DNA of 62,550 nucleotides, the filler included, from Asterionella formosa (taxonomy: Eukaryota): the NCBI GenBank assembly GCA_002256025.1. It is 9 parts of 9 records of this genome, joined end to end, with 100 filler letters (N's around TTAATTAATTAA, not from the genome) between each part and the next. Parts side by side here need not be neighbours in the genome. Positions count along the whole stretch, not along the records: positions 25,560 to 51,020 come from NKIB01001968.1; positions 51,121 to 52,668 come from NKIB01001977.1; positions 52,769 to 54,316 come from NKIB01001978.1; positions 54,417 to 55,964 come from NKIB01001979.1; positions 56,065 to 57,612 come from NKIB01001980.1; positions 57,713 to 59,259 come from NKIB01001981.1; positions 59,360 to 60,906 come from NKIB01001982.1; positions 61,007 to 62,550 come from NKIB01001983.1; 1 more part is not named here. The stretch is one strand, 5' to 3'. Position numbers and translations under genes: made by a program. Position 1 is the stretch's first letter. Every line of letters starts with the position of its first letter. The notes beneath the pieces are model-generated. The model saw only the letters and a program-made list of their open reading frames with translations. It was not told where the DNA came from and did no database searches. Positions 49,820 to 61,403 of this stretch are shown piece by piece.

Positions 49820-50305
49820 CCTGTGCTTGGCGAAGAATTAAGTTAACTACCGGTATGTATGGGACCTTGAGAACAATTTCCTTTTTATATGTGACTAAAA
49901 TTGATGTGAAAAGAGATGATACGCAGAAATATAATATTTGAGAACAAGGTAATAAAAATAAAGTATGACGATGAATCAATCGTCTTCGGCTCGATTGACG
50001 ATGTCTCGTTCTGCACTCCTATTTTTTTATTGCATATCCGGTATTCGGAGTACTGGTACCCTGGTACTATGAAACCGCGGCATGAAAAATACTTACCGGT
50101 ACACAGTACCTGGTACTGGTAAATGGAGTACTAGTAAGTGGGGTCGTGTGGATGGTGTAACAATATGTTTCTAGTGCGTATGCTAGTAAATGGACTGTAC
50201 CTACCAGGAACCACGTTGAACACCACGTAGCACAATGTACATTCCTATTAAATTACCTTATCATGCATAGTATACCGTACTCCTCTTGCTTTCTAATTTA
50301 CGATA

Positions 50306-51020
50306 CCACTTAAAAACTGTAAGCCACCGCTACGGCCACTTTTGAACTGTAAGCCACCGCTAAACGGAGTAAACGCACGGTTTGAACTTATTTTACAAGA
50401 TACGCTATTTATTGTCACGAACGAGTTGTTCAGATTTATATAGCGAGTAAATACTTCCGTACTTGTATTGTTGCATTGTGTACATTGTTAATTAGGTATT
50501 ATCGCCCAAAGGTTGCTGTCGACGTGAAATTGCGAAAATTGGATATTTTCACGTTTACCGGTACTCGATTGAGCAAGCATCACCTTTTATATACGTATTC
50601 AGCTATGAGAATATTCCTCCGCTAGAAAACTAATTTAGTATCCTCTAAAATTTATTTAATATGGCTACGACGTCATTGCGCTTTCGCTCGTGCGCCATAA
50701 TAAAGAGATAAATTCACTAATGGAAAACGTCAAATAGGAATTCCTGGCGCGCCCGAATTATGAGTACAAAAATTAAATGCAAACACACAACAGTCACCCA
50801 TCACCCATCACAATACCAACATCATGACCTCGAAAGCGCCTCGACAAGGCAATGTCTTGCCTCGAAAGAAATTGTCTCCTGAAGAGTTGGTCAGTGTTCA
50901 GATTTGTCTTAACAATGTGATTAGGGAGCTAGAAGCTAAGAAGGCTAACAATGGTGGAAAAATGCCTTATGGTGCTATTTCTAGGACAGTATCAGCTAAG
51001 CAATGCATTTTCCCTTGGAT
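50306..51020 (+). mobile_element. Second left end of the pogo/Tc1-mariner-like element (ORF from 50824), contig-truncated
   Basis: TA|CCACTTAAAAACTGTAAGCC terminus with an extra subterminal repeat unit. ORF MTSKAPRQ...NGGKMPYGAISRTVS...FPW. Confidence 0.7.
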
Positions 51021-51246
51021 NNNNNNNNNNNNNNNNNNNNNNNNNNNNNNNNNNNNNNNNNNNNTTAATTAATTAANNNNNNNNNNNNNNNNNNNNNNNN
51101 NNNNNNNNNNNNNNNNNNNNCCTATGCATGTAGAGAATAGATGGTTCGAAGAAAAATGGCTCTCATCATTTTGCTTGCTCGACAAGATACAGTGCGTACC
51201 GGTAGATGGCAAAATATGGTGGACGTAGTAAACATTATTGCGTTAA

Positions 51247-52668
51247 GGGCCGTTCTTATCATTCTGTTATTTGTTGTCATTGGTGTATCATCGCCGAAAT
51301 ATGATACAAAAATGGCGGTTTGGTTTTTTTTTGTGTATCACCAACGGTTTTTTTGGTCTGATCACCGGTGTATCATGGGTGTATCACTGATACAGTTTTT
51401 GGACCCCTGACCAATGCTGTATCACTGATCAAGCCGTTGATCACTGTGTATCACGTCCGTTGCCACTGATAAAATAACTGTAAATACGCAAGCACAACAC
51501 TATTAAATATTGCGCCAACTATTTTTTGTTATATATATACTACGGTACTCTGTATACATTACCTTTCAGCTTCGTGAGTCATACAAGAATCAGTAGTCCG
51601 CTCATCTCTATACCAATCTTCCGACATCGACTATATCTCGATTAATTGGCGCAATGAGCAGCAAAGTAGTGGGTACGGCTGAAACTTCTGATGCTAAAGG
51701 GAACAAGCATTACATCAGACAATGTGTAAGCTGCATCGCCGACCAGATAAAAACCTGTGTTGAATGCTGCAACTTGATCGAAAATGGAAGTTTTTTCAAA
51801 AGCTACTTGGTCACTGCATTTTCCCGGTGCAATTACACCAAAATAAATAAATCTTGAGTCAGCATCACAAACAGCCTGGACATTGATTCCATAAGTCATG
51901 TAGTGACCGGAAAAAAATGAACCAGGGTTGTTGCCACTTTCAACTATAGTCGGGCGGTTGATGGTGGCAAGGAAGCCGTCAATAGCACCAACACATCCTC
52001 TCATCATGCCCTCTGAGCTTTTGCATTCAAAGCTGGAAGCCAATTTGATAAATTCTTCTTATTCTTTTGGAAAAATAATTTCGAGTTCTTCACAGTTTAG
52101 TACAGCATCAATGAACAAATCACGACATCGATAAAGTGAAGCAATGCTACAACCGTAGGCATGACGAATGTCGATGTAACTGCCACCAGCCAGCCATCGC
52201 AAACCAATGGCTACCACAATTTCGGGAATTATGGGCTCAGAAGTGCCACATTTGGAATAATTCCCTGCAATCTGAATTTCCAGCATGGAGGTGAGTTTTT
52301 TGAATGCTCTGTGTGACATTCTGTATGTCTTCTCGAAAGCAATCTCGTGATTGAGTTTCTCGACATGTGATTGCCAGGAGATTCTTTCGTGGTGCCACTT
52401 GTGCCTTCGTTGTCGTCGTCGTTCAGATGACTGAAGCTGCCGTTTACAGCGTCGCCTTTGTCGTTTGGATGAGTGTTCTTTTTCCTCTGCTTCCTTAGCT
52501 AAATGACAGAGGAAGAAGAAATCAAGATCACTACTGTCATCGTCATTATCATCAAGTAAATCAAATGGCGACGACATGATTCATGCAAATGTGTGTTTTT
52601 AATATTATATTTAGTTTCCCGGTAATTATATTTTGTTGTTGCTTGATATCAAGACCATCATTATATTC
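51247..52668 (-). mobile_element. Harbinger family 1, copy 2: internally deleted, transposase with a premature stop
   Basis: TAA|GGGCCGTTCTTATCATT TIR matches the 26857 end. Transposase nearly identical to copy 1 but AAA>TAA at 52059-52061, and homology ends at ~51696. Confidence 0.9.
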
Positions 52669-53394
52669 NNNNNNNNNNNNNNNNNNNNNNNNNNNNNNNN
52701 NNNNNNNNNNNNTTAATTAATTAANNNNNNNNNNNNNNNNNNNNNNNNNNNNNNNNNNNNNNNNNNNNATGTAAGAGTTCATCACTACTTACCAAAGATT
52801 TCCGAAACTGTTGCAGTCACTGGGACAGTAATTGAGCAGGTCAAGGAGATAAGTGATTTATCCTGTAATGATAAATCATTATTGAAATTATTTGATGAAG
52901 GAATTCATAAATATTTATGCGAAAGAGCGAGGAGAAGTGAAACAAAAAACATCAATTACTTGTATCGAAAGAATCGATCAAGGGAAAGGTTGCAGCTGCT
53001 GTTTTGGGATATGGCAACGAATTGGAATGTTTCAACGATCACCTTTATAGTGTTTCACCCTCTTTTTTGTGTGGAAAGCATGTCCTGCGCCCATTCTGCG
53101 TGAATTGCCAAGTATTTGATACACCTTTCCGGTTCCCACTTCCGTTGGGTCAGGAGTCACATAAGCTTTACTACAATACATACTCTCGCTCCCCCTCAGA
53201 AGTACGTCAATATTGCAGGAATGAGTATTCCCTTAAATTGTCAGAGAAGCAGTACAGGGACAATCGTATTGAACTGGACAATTGTGCATATTGGGATATT
53301 GAAATTGTGACCGCCATTGTGAAGGTCATTGCTCATGAACTGCATCGCTCAAACATTCATGTAATTGTTGAATCTCAAGACAGAAATGACTGGA

Positions 53395-54316
53395 ATGCTG
53401 AACATCTATCTGGGACAAGAAAGGCTCGACGCCGATCGTGTCCTCCGCCTCCACAGATTGTACGTGGGAGAGGTTGACAGTCTGTGGATTCCATTCGGTG
53501 TCGCAGGTTAAATGAATGTGAGTACAAGTATCAAGTTCACGCTGGGTGGGAGTGGTAGTCTCCAAGAAGATGTTTGTTCCGCTGATCTGCAGCGGAATAT
53601 CGATTTCCGTTGTCGAGATTGACAGCAGTGCCGCTTTATCGAATGGATTGTCGTTGACAACCACCCCGGAAAATCGCAATTGGTTAGGGTTGAGGAGGCT
53701 GTGTTCAAGCTTGTCGCCAAAATACAGTCCCTCATTGATAATTAAAATGAAGGTCTCTCTGCGTTGTTGGCAAGTAAATGCTGTCGCTCCGCAAACAATA
53801 GCTAGGGATGTCTCGTTCTGGTTTGTAAGCACCTGCATTGTATGGAATGACATCGCAGGCACGTCCTGTAAAGTAAAGAGGTACAAAATTACAGCCAAGA
53901 GCACAGGTGTCAGCGTGAGAGTCAAGTTCGCATTTCGCAGCGCGCTGGGTTAGTTGTGTAAGTGCAGATATAGATAATTGGTGAGACGAGAGCGGCTTCT
54001 GATGCGAAGAACGATATGCCGCTATCTCAAGTTGATCGCTTTTGCTTCGTTTTGCGCTTTCACGCCCACCAAAAGAATTGCCAGCATTTGACTTCTTCGG
54101 CGTATCCGACTTGTCGTCATCGCATGTTCCGGAGTCGCTGCCTTGTTAGAACTGATGATGGGCAGCGGAAGCAAGTTGCTTTGTTGTCATCTCGGAAATG
54201 GTACGCTTCGATCTGCCTTGCTCTCCTTTCTTGTCGCGTTCCTTTTGGACTCGATCACGCTCCTCATATGAAAGCTTTTCCCATTCTGTTGTTGAGTAGT
54301 AAGTGGTTTTCTGTGG
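53395..54316 (-). mobile_element. CoDi-type Ty1/copia gag-protease fragment (frameshifted)
   Basis: ELDSHADTCALG.NF protease motif (~53885-53935), followed by GATAF...LIINEGLYFGDKLEHSLLNPNQLR...VNDNPF and P...ELDTC.HI.LT...WNP. Confidence 0.85.
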
Positions 54317-54416
54317 NNNNNNNNNNNNNNNNNNNNNNNNNNNNNNNNNNNNNNNNNNNNTTAATTAATTAANNNNNNNNNNNNNNNNNNNNNNNNNNNN
54401 NNNNNNNNNNNNNNNN

Positions 54417-55827
54417 TCTCGCTCACTCTTCTGCACTTCTTCCGCATGCTTCTTCCTTTTTAGCTGGTCATCGACCACTTCAGGACCCAACAAGTACCTG
54501 CCTGCAGCGACATGAAGACCAGATGAGTATCGTTTATTTCTTGCAATCGCCATTAGTACTGTTTCTTTTTGTTGGCGGGCAAGTTTGTCCAGATTTATTC
54601 CGTTTCTAGCACCCTCACGATTGCGGTACTACTGTATTTTCTGATCAACAAGGGTTGCGGTGATGCCTTGGCTCACTCAAGTTTAGTCTGGATGAGGGAA
54701 TGGAAGAGGCGGGTTGATTATTGTTTGCTTCTGTCTGCAGATTTGAGGTACTTGTCAGTTGAATTTCCGGATGGAGCAGCAACAAGTTGTAGTTCAATAG
54801 ACCCCAACCTCTTTCAGTAACAGCTTTTTGGTTCGTAGCGATAAGGGCAAAGGATTCATCTCATGCTTTCGACACCAGGTCAACAATATCTTCCTTTTCA
54901 ACAGCAAATGCAGCATTGCGCCTGTCCTTTTGGGTGAGTACATCTCTCATGCACACTTGTCAGGGTAGAAATTGATGAGCTATATCCTGCCAACAACTGT
55001 GAATCATTTATTGTCATAGTAGCATGTAATTGCACTAGTGAATTAGTTGTCTTTCCCGCCTGATTTAGCTTCTACAAAAGGTACTGGACTATAAGTTTTG
55101 TTTGCCAAGCCAGTGTAGCCGCCCTCGATGCAACAATATTCGATATTGCACCATATAGCTAGTAGTAGTTTGCCATTGTTTTTTGCCTTTCAAGTTTCCA
55201 ATTCCAAAACTATATATTTTTTAAATAAGTGACACTACAGTCTTATCCAAAGAACTAGGTATCACCTTGTACTTTTGGGGGGGTTGAGGCTGTTTTCTTG
55301 CTGTTGTAGGTTTCATCGTTGTTAATGAGATGACTGCGATTTGCCTCAATTTTTGCTATGTCGGAAGCAATTTCTGCTGTGAATTACGGTCTCTGACATG
55401 AAAATATGACTCCATTTTTTGGCATTCAAGAAATATTGCATTCATCTACTAAGAGTGAGGAATTTACTCATTTAATGCTATAGTGCATGGTCAAAGGCGG
55501 TTAAATGCAACTAAATATATATTAGATATTAAATTTTCAAGACAAATGTATACATGTATTTCCCGGAGATGCCGGCTCAATGGTATAATATTTTTTTGCC
55601 ACTTTTGGGCCGATCGCTGCTTTCCGACACATTTATCTGATTATCTAAAACACAAGACCTAATTAACAACTAAATATGTTATATCCGGCGCAACATCAGG
55701 AACAACTTTGTTGTAATAAATATAGTCATAACTGGAAAATTGGAAAAAATCTATGTATACATTTTGAATATTTTATCGTTAGGTGACTCAAAGCCATTCG
55801 AAGTGGCTCAAAGCCATTTTTAAATTG
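54417..55827 (-). mobile_element. Degraded pogo-like element (relative of the CCACTT family)
   Basis: TA-flanked terminus with tandem TGGCTTTGAG(C/T)CAC subterminal units. Remnant YGAISNIVA resembles PYGAISRTVSA. C-terminal remnant KRYSSGLHVAAGRYLLGPEV. Confidence 0.5.
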
Positions 55828-55839
55828 TACCAGGTACTA

Positions 55840-55964
55840 CCGTATACTTCATTGTCCTGGACCCCCCAATGTACACTGCCGTGACTGAATTTGACTGATT
55901 TTACTTAAGGGGGGCCCAGGACAATGAAGAGATTTCCCTTATAATGGACCTAAGTAAATTTCTT
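55840..55964. mobile_element. Terminus of the TA|CCGTATAC element (same family as 1-125)
   Basis: Exact reverse complement of 1-125, preceded by TA. Confidence 0.65.
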
Positions 55965-57119
55965 NNNNNNNNNNNNNNNNNNNNNNNNNNNNNNNNNNNN
56001 NNNNNNNNTTAATTAATTAANNNNNNNNNNNNNNNNNNNNNNNNNNNNNNNNNNNNNNNNNNNNGACAAGTTCAACAGTGAATACAAAGAACAACATACC
56101 ATTGAAAACAAGTCGACAGTGTGTGCACGCACACGCCAAGCAAGTTTGAGGCAACGGACAATTCCAACAAGCAAATGACGATACAGATATCAAATTCTTC
56201 CGACGAGCAAACAACAATGAAAAGAGCCACTTGCTTTTGCTCTCTTGCTTGTTGGTATCAAAGATGCGGACAAGTTCAATAGTTAAATCAAGTACAGTAT
56301 GCCAAATGCAGAAACGAGCGAGCGATATGAAAATGAAATGCGTTCTAATCAGAATCATTCTATAACTATAGCTATGTGGACAGTAGTCTGTTACGCACAT
56401 TTTCGTATCTCCTTCTATGCTGAATCGAAATAGTAGATGTAGTATCATGTGAGAATTGAAAATTTCAATGAGAACAAGTAGAATGTGTTTGTTTACGGGT
56501 TGATTGGCGAGATTGTCATGCTGAAGTGGACAAATCAGATATATTTTGTGCGCAAAATCGGAAGTTGGTAGGGTTTATAATGTCGTTTATTTCTCTGTTC
56601 TGAATGATTGGACCATTTATAGCAGCAGCATCATGATCTACTAAACTATCAAGGAATAAACCATTATCATAGTCATCGGCATCAAAACAAACTGTTTGAA
56701 CGAAATCAATTGAACTTTCAAATGAATTATTTGAAACATCAACTAATTCAGTCTTGCGTTCAAAATTCATTGTGAAAACTTCACATGAAACAGTTAAAAC
56801 TTCACATGAAACCGTTAAAAGTAATCTTTTTTACGTGAAGAGTGGCATTAATGCATGTGAAGTACCACATAATTAACACTCATACATAGACGAAATTTCG
56901 AAAAGTGGCGTATTTTGCGGCTTAGATGTAGTATTGCACAAAATAAACATTCTGACCAAAAATTGGAAGGACCATCATAATGTGGCTTCTTATTAGATAA
57001 AAAATAAAAATATATAATTGCCAAGAGTTCATACCCGCAAATACTTGTAAGTCCACCAATCCACCAGCTGCAAGATAAAAAATTGTATGCATGTTCACAA
57101 ATCATCCAAGTTAAGGTGA

Positions 57120-57612
57120 CTAACCAGCACAAGTCGAGCTTTTTTTACAGGAACTGCTGCAGTTGCAAATCAGTGGTGGGCAAACAGCTATTCCTTCTGA
57201 AGGTGCAATACTACATGCTTCTGTTGGAACTGTGCCTGTAAAATTGTTCATTCCAAGAGATAATACAGCTGCCAAGAAAGTGAAATATTAGCACAAACAT
57301 TCAAGAAATATAAATTTAGGCTCAAATAACTCACTCAATGCAGACATGAGACCAATTTCTGAGGGAATTATACCAGTAAACTTATTTTTCCCAATATAAA
57401 ACTCTATGGCATTTGTTAAATGGCCAATTTCTGATGGAAGTGCACCAGTCAACTGGTTTTCGTCTACATAGAAAATTGTTAGATTTGTCAAATATCCAAT
57501 CTCTGTAGGAAGTGTGCCATTGAAATCATTGGAATTTGCTTCAAAATCTGTGAGAATTGTCAAATATCCAATCTCTGTAGGAATAGTACCAGTGAAGTTA
57601 TTATAGCTGACA
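57120..57612 (-). CDS. 3' part of a plant-type LRR (receptor-like) protein, partial
   Basis: 24-aa repeats N.(F/L)TG.(L/I)P(T/S)EIG.LT.L. Intron 57334-57269 (GTGAG...GGCAG). Cys-rich end CPPLICNCSSSC, stop at 57120-57122. Confidence 0.8.
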
Positions 57613-57804
57613 NNNNNNNNNNNNNNNNNNNNNNNNNNNNNNNNNNNNNNNNNNNNTTAATTAATTAANNNNNNNNNNNNNNNNNNNNNNNNNNNNNNNN
57701 NNNNNNNNNNNNGGTACCAGGGGTAATTTGTCCGGTAGAACTGAACTGATGAATGATGCTTCCATCGCTTCCATGCTTCTCCTTTCAGTCCCCTTCGTCG
57801 CGTA

Positions 57805-59124
57805 ATGGCAGATCCTTCCTCATCAACAGATCACGATAACGGTCCAACTGCTCCCAATGGTGATAAATCGAACCGCGAGCGAGATCACGTTGACTACAGG
57901 GACCTCGGCGGTCCTGCTCTCTCGCTGTTGTGGTCCAGCGAACCGCTGACGGGACAATCCCTTTATCTCGGAGGCGAAGTGGGCTGTGATGGAAGAATTT
58001 ACTGTATTCCTGGTCATGCCAAACGAGTTTTGGTCATTGATCCCTCCACAGATATGGTGTATCCCATTGGTCCCATTTTGCCCGGAAAATACAAGTGGTT
58101 GCGAGGGATTGCGCAAGGAGACGTTGTTTATGGGTTACCCTGCAGCGCGGATTCGGTCTTAAAAATTCATGTTCCAACTGGAGAAATCACAAATCTGTTA
58201 ATACCGTATGATGAATTTTACCATTCTCCTGAAATCGCGAAAGGGCAACGCGAGATAGAGTGGAAATACCATGGAGGAACGACAAGCCCGAAAGACGGCT
58301 GTATCTATGCCATTCCGCAGTCCGCGTGGCATGTGTTGCGGATTGATCCACTGACAGATATTTGCTCATTTGTTCCATCAATACCTATGAAGGGTCGATA
58401 CAAGTTTTATGGTGGACTTGTAGGAAAACACGATGGAGCCATTTATGGAATCCCCCACAATGCAACATCCGTCTTGAGAATCGATCCCTCTCAGGAGCAG
58501 GTAGTTACTCTGCACGGAAATTTCGGAGAAGGACGGCACAAGTGGCACGGGGCTGCATCTGCATCTGACGGAACGATCGTAGCTGTCCCAGCCAATGCAG
58601 ATACCGTGCTTTGTATTACACCTGCAAGTCCTGAACCAATACTATTTGAGTTGGGTAATCCAGATGTGGTCCGAACAGGCCGCCACCGATCCGATGGTAA
58701 ATACAAATATCTTGGAGCCATGATGGGAACCAATGGAAAAGTGTATTGCTTTCCATCGGGTGCTGAATTCACATTAGAAGTCGACACAACGACTCGTGGC
58801 GTAAGGAATGTGGGCCCGAATCTCGTCGATGCTCGAATGGAGACTAAGATTCAAAACAAGTGGCAAAATGGTTTAACGAGTACTGCAGAGCAATGCGTTT
58901 ATGCTATTCCATTGAGTGCTGAGACAGTCTTGCGAATTGACAATTCATCCAAGGACTCGCCTCTGATTTCCACTTGGAAACTTCCGTCGCAGCAAAAAGA
59001 AGTCCTTGCCAAGTGGGAGGGTGGAACCATAGCACCAAACGGTGCCATGTATTGCATGCCTAATAATCATAAGGCAGTATTGAAAATCACCCCGTCCACC
59101 ATGACAATCCCAGTGACACTGTAG
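57805..59124 (+). CDS. Beta-propeller-like repeat protein
   Basis: 439 aa with ~8 repeats of K(W/Y).GG....DG.IY.IP..A..VL.ID. Confidence 0.85.
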   Translation: MADPSSSTDHDNGPTAPNGDKSNRERDHVDYRDLGGPALSLLWSSEPLTGQSLYLGGEVGCDGRIYCIPGHAKRVLVIDPSTDMVYPIGPILPGKYKWLRGIAQGDVVYGLPCSADSVLKIHVPTGEITNLLIPYDEFYHSPEIAKGQREIEWKYHGGTTSPKDGCIYAIPQSAWHVLRIDPLTDICSFVPSIPMKGRYKFYGGLVGKHDGAIYGIPHNATSVLRIDPSQEQVVTLHGNFGEGRHKWHGAASASDGTIVAVPANADTVLCITPASPEPILFELGNPDVVRTGRHRSDGKYKYLGAMMGTNGKVYCFPSGAEFTLEVDTTTRGVRNVGPNLVDARMETKIQNKWQNGLTSTAEQCVYAIPLSAETVLRIDNSSKDSPLISTWKLPSQQKEVLAKWEGGTIAPNGAMYCMPNNHKAVLKITPSTMTIPVTL

Positions 59125-59359
59125 CTAATGCCAGTATAAAGGAATCCATTTAGCAGTGCTGGTAGTTGCTTATACTGGCCCCTTTTGGTACCAGGTACCC
59201 TGAAATAGGAATATGAGCGAAAGCTTCATCTCCATCGCCAGATTTGCTGTTCTCACAGGNNNNNNNNNNNNNNNNNNNNNNNNNNNNNNNNNNNNNNNNN
59301 NNNTTAATTAATTAANNNNNNNNNNNNNNNNNNNNNNNNNNNNNNNNNNNNNNNNNNNN

Positions 59360-59822
59360 TGGGGAGAGTGAAGACAATGGTGGAGCAACATCTGCCGCTT
59401 ATGCTAATTTTTCTGGTTCAAGATTTCCTCGACCTATGGTGTCCCCTCGATTTAGAGATAAGGCAGTGTCAAACAATACTGGGCCTACTCGAACTGATAC
59501 TGATAACCTGCAGCAGCAACAACAACAGCAGCAACAACTGCAGCAACAGAACATGATGAACATGATGATGATGTCAATCATGGCATCACTGTTGAATCTG
59601 CATGGGGTATCTCAAGCAACCACCTCCACTGACAGTGCCAATCCCACTCAGGCAATTATGAATTCAATTATTGCTTCAAACATGATTTCAATGCAGCAAA
59701 CAATGCAAAGCCAGAATCCAACCTCGACAGCAGGTGCCAATGCACAACAAACTTTGTCTGCCTCAACTCAATGTCAAACACCAAAAAAAAACAGTGGTAG
59801 CAGTAGTAGTGATGACGAATAA
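59360..59822 (+). CDS. C-terminal part of the Harbinger family-2 partner protein (partial)
   Basis: Q/M-rich tail IASNMISMQQ shared with 44351-44545. Convergent with the transposase. Confidence 0.55.
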
Positions 59823-59899
59823 CAACCTTAAATTAATTCATTCTAATATAATGTGAAAGAAGTGCTGCTAAATAATCATGAAGGAATAATTTCTTTGAA

Positions 59900-60906
59900 T
59901 TACATGGCATATCTATTTGCATTCCTATGCAAATAGGGCATATGCACAGAAGCAATTTGGTTCTGACCAACTTTGCTAGCACGAAAGTTGTAGAGCAATA
60001 CAATCATTTGGAGAATTAATTTTCTCTCACCTTTTTCTTTATAACGAAATTTGTCTTTGATTCTCGGAAATGATCCCTGAAGGCATCGCATTCCCCATTC
60101 CGACAGCTGTCGGATGGAGGTGGCTTGGCGATTCATACCAAATCTTTGTCGAGGATTACCATTTGCATCAACATTGTTTTGATGTGATTTCAACATTGCA
60201 TTTGATTTCATAGATGCAAATGCTGAATCCACAACTACTTTTTTGCCTGTATCGCTGTAAACTGTTTCAATCTGATCATAGATCGATGACCAAATTGCCA
60301 TGGTGGAGTCATGTAGAACACCAGGTGCATCGAAATATGAGCAGCGAATTTTTCCATCAGGCGAAAAAAGAAACAAGTTTGTCACATAGTGTTCATGGGT
60401 CCATCCATTGTAGAAGTTGTTCTGCTGTGTTTCATTTCCAGCCCGTTGCAGGGTCAGTTTCAGACCATCCATTGCTCCCCAACAATTTGTTATAAGTGGG
60501 TATTTCTGATTGATCATGGTTGCAAACAAGGTGGCTTCGTCTACAGTAGGCAGTCTCACAACGGCATCTTCATGTGTCAGCAGTACTTTTACAATCATTC
60601 GCCTTGAAAACCTCAACCAAACACTCAAAGAACCATGAGTTAATCCGAAAATAATCTGAAGAATCATATAGGAACCACGAGTCCTGGTCCATGCTAACCC
60701 AAGCGCTAGACAACTGATGGAACAGAGGTATCTTTGCCGACCTTTCTTTGTTGTTGAATTTCTAACAATGAAATCCGTATTTTTCCTACAGGGAGTGAAG
60801 GAATAAAAACAAGGTTTGAACAGCTGGTGTAGGAGCTCGAAAGAAGCATGGTCAAACCCACACAAGGTAATCAGAGCATCATCATGCTTGCTGTTGAACA
60901 AAGTCC
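59900..60906 (-). CDS. Harbinger-type DDE_Tnp_4 transposase (family 2), open frame, 5'-truncated
   Basis: CWGAMDGLK, FYNGWTHEHYV, FSPDG, PG..HDS, VVDSAF, RQLSEWGMR.LQGSFPR. Confidence 0.9.
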
Positions 60907-61403
60907 NNNNNNNNNNNNNNNNNNNNNNNNNNNNNNNNNNNNNNNNNNNNTTAATTAATTAANNNNNNNNNNNNNNNNNNNNNNNNNNNNNNNNNNNNNN
61001 NNNNNNCTGGCACCTTGAAGTTGATCATGTCTCGATCACTTCCCTTGAGACTAACTGGTTGGGAATAGCTCAAGGATTGTATCGAGGCATGCAAAAATCA
61101 CCAAAGATGTTCGAGGTGTCTCAAGCAGGAGGTGTCCAATTTGTCAACGGAATATTCGAATTCGCAGGAGTGATGCATTACAGCTGACGGGTATGCCCGG
61201 TGTTCCCGGAAAGGACCTGACACTGTTTCGTTGTACAATGCGCTCACAGCAAAAATGGTGGTTTCTATCTGAGGCAGACGAAGAGCAACTGGGAACGAAT
61301 AGAGACATTGATTATTACCAGCACAAGTCGAAGGAAGATGAGGAGTTGCAACCTCCCGAAATGCCGGCATTGATCCTCCACCGCAGACCAAACGCGTTGT
61401 CGA

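Noticed and set aside
1..55964. Perfect 125-bp inverted repeats at 1-125 and 55840-55964, suggesting a giant TIR-bounded element (Polinton or virus-like)
   Set aside because: They lie on different contigs, and both stop at the same base at contig ends, which is typical of assembly breaks inside a repeat. The enclosed genes are ordinary host genes.
56065..56830. Short minus-strand ORFs and a 21-bp tandem duplication (~56775-56820), perhaps a decayed transposase
   Set aside because: No catalytic motifs or termini could be identified.
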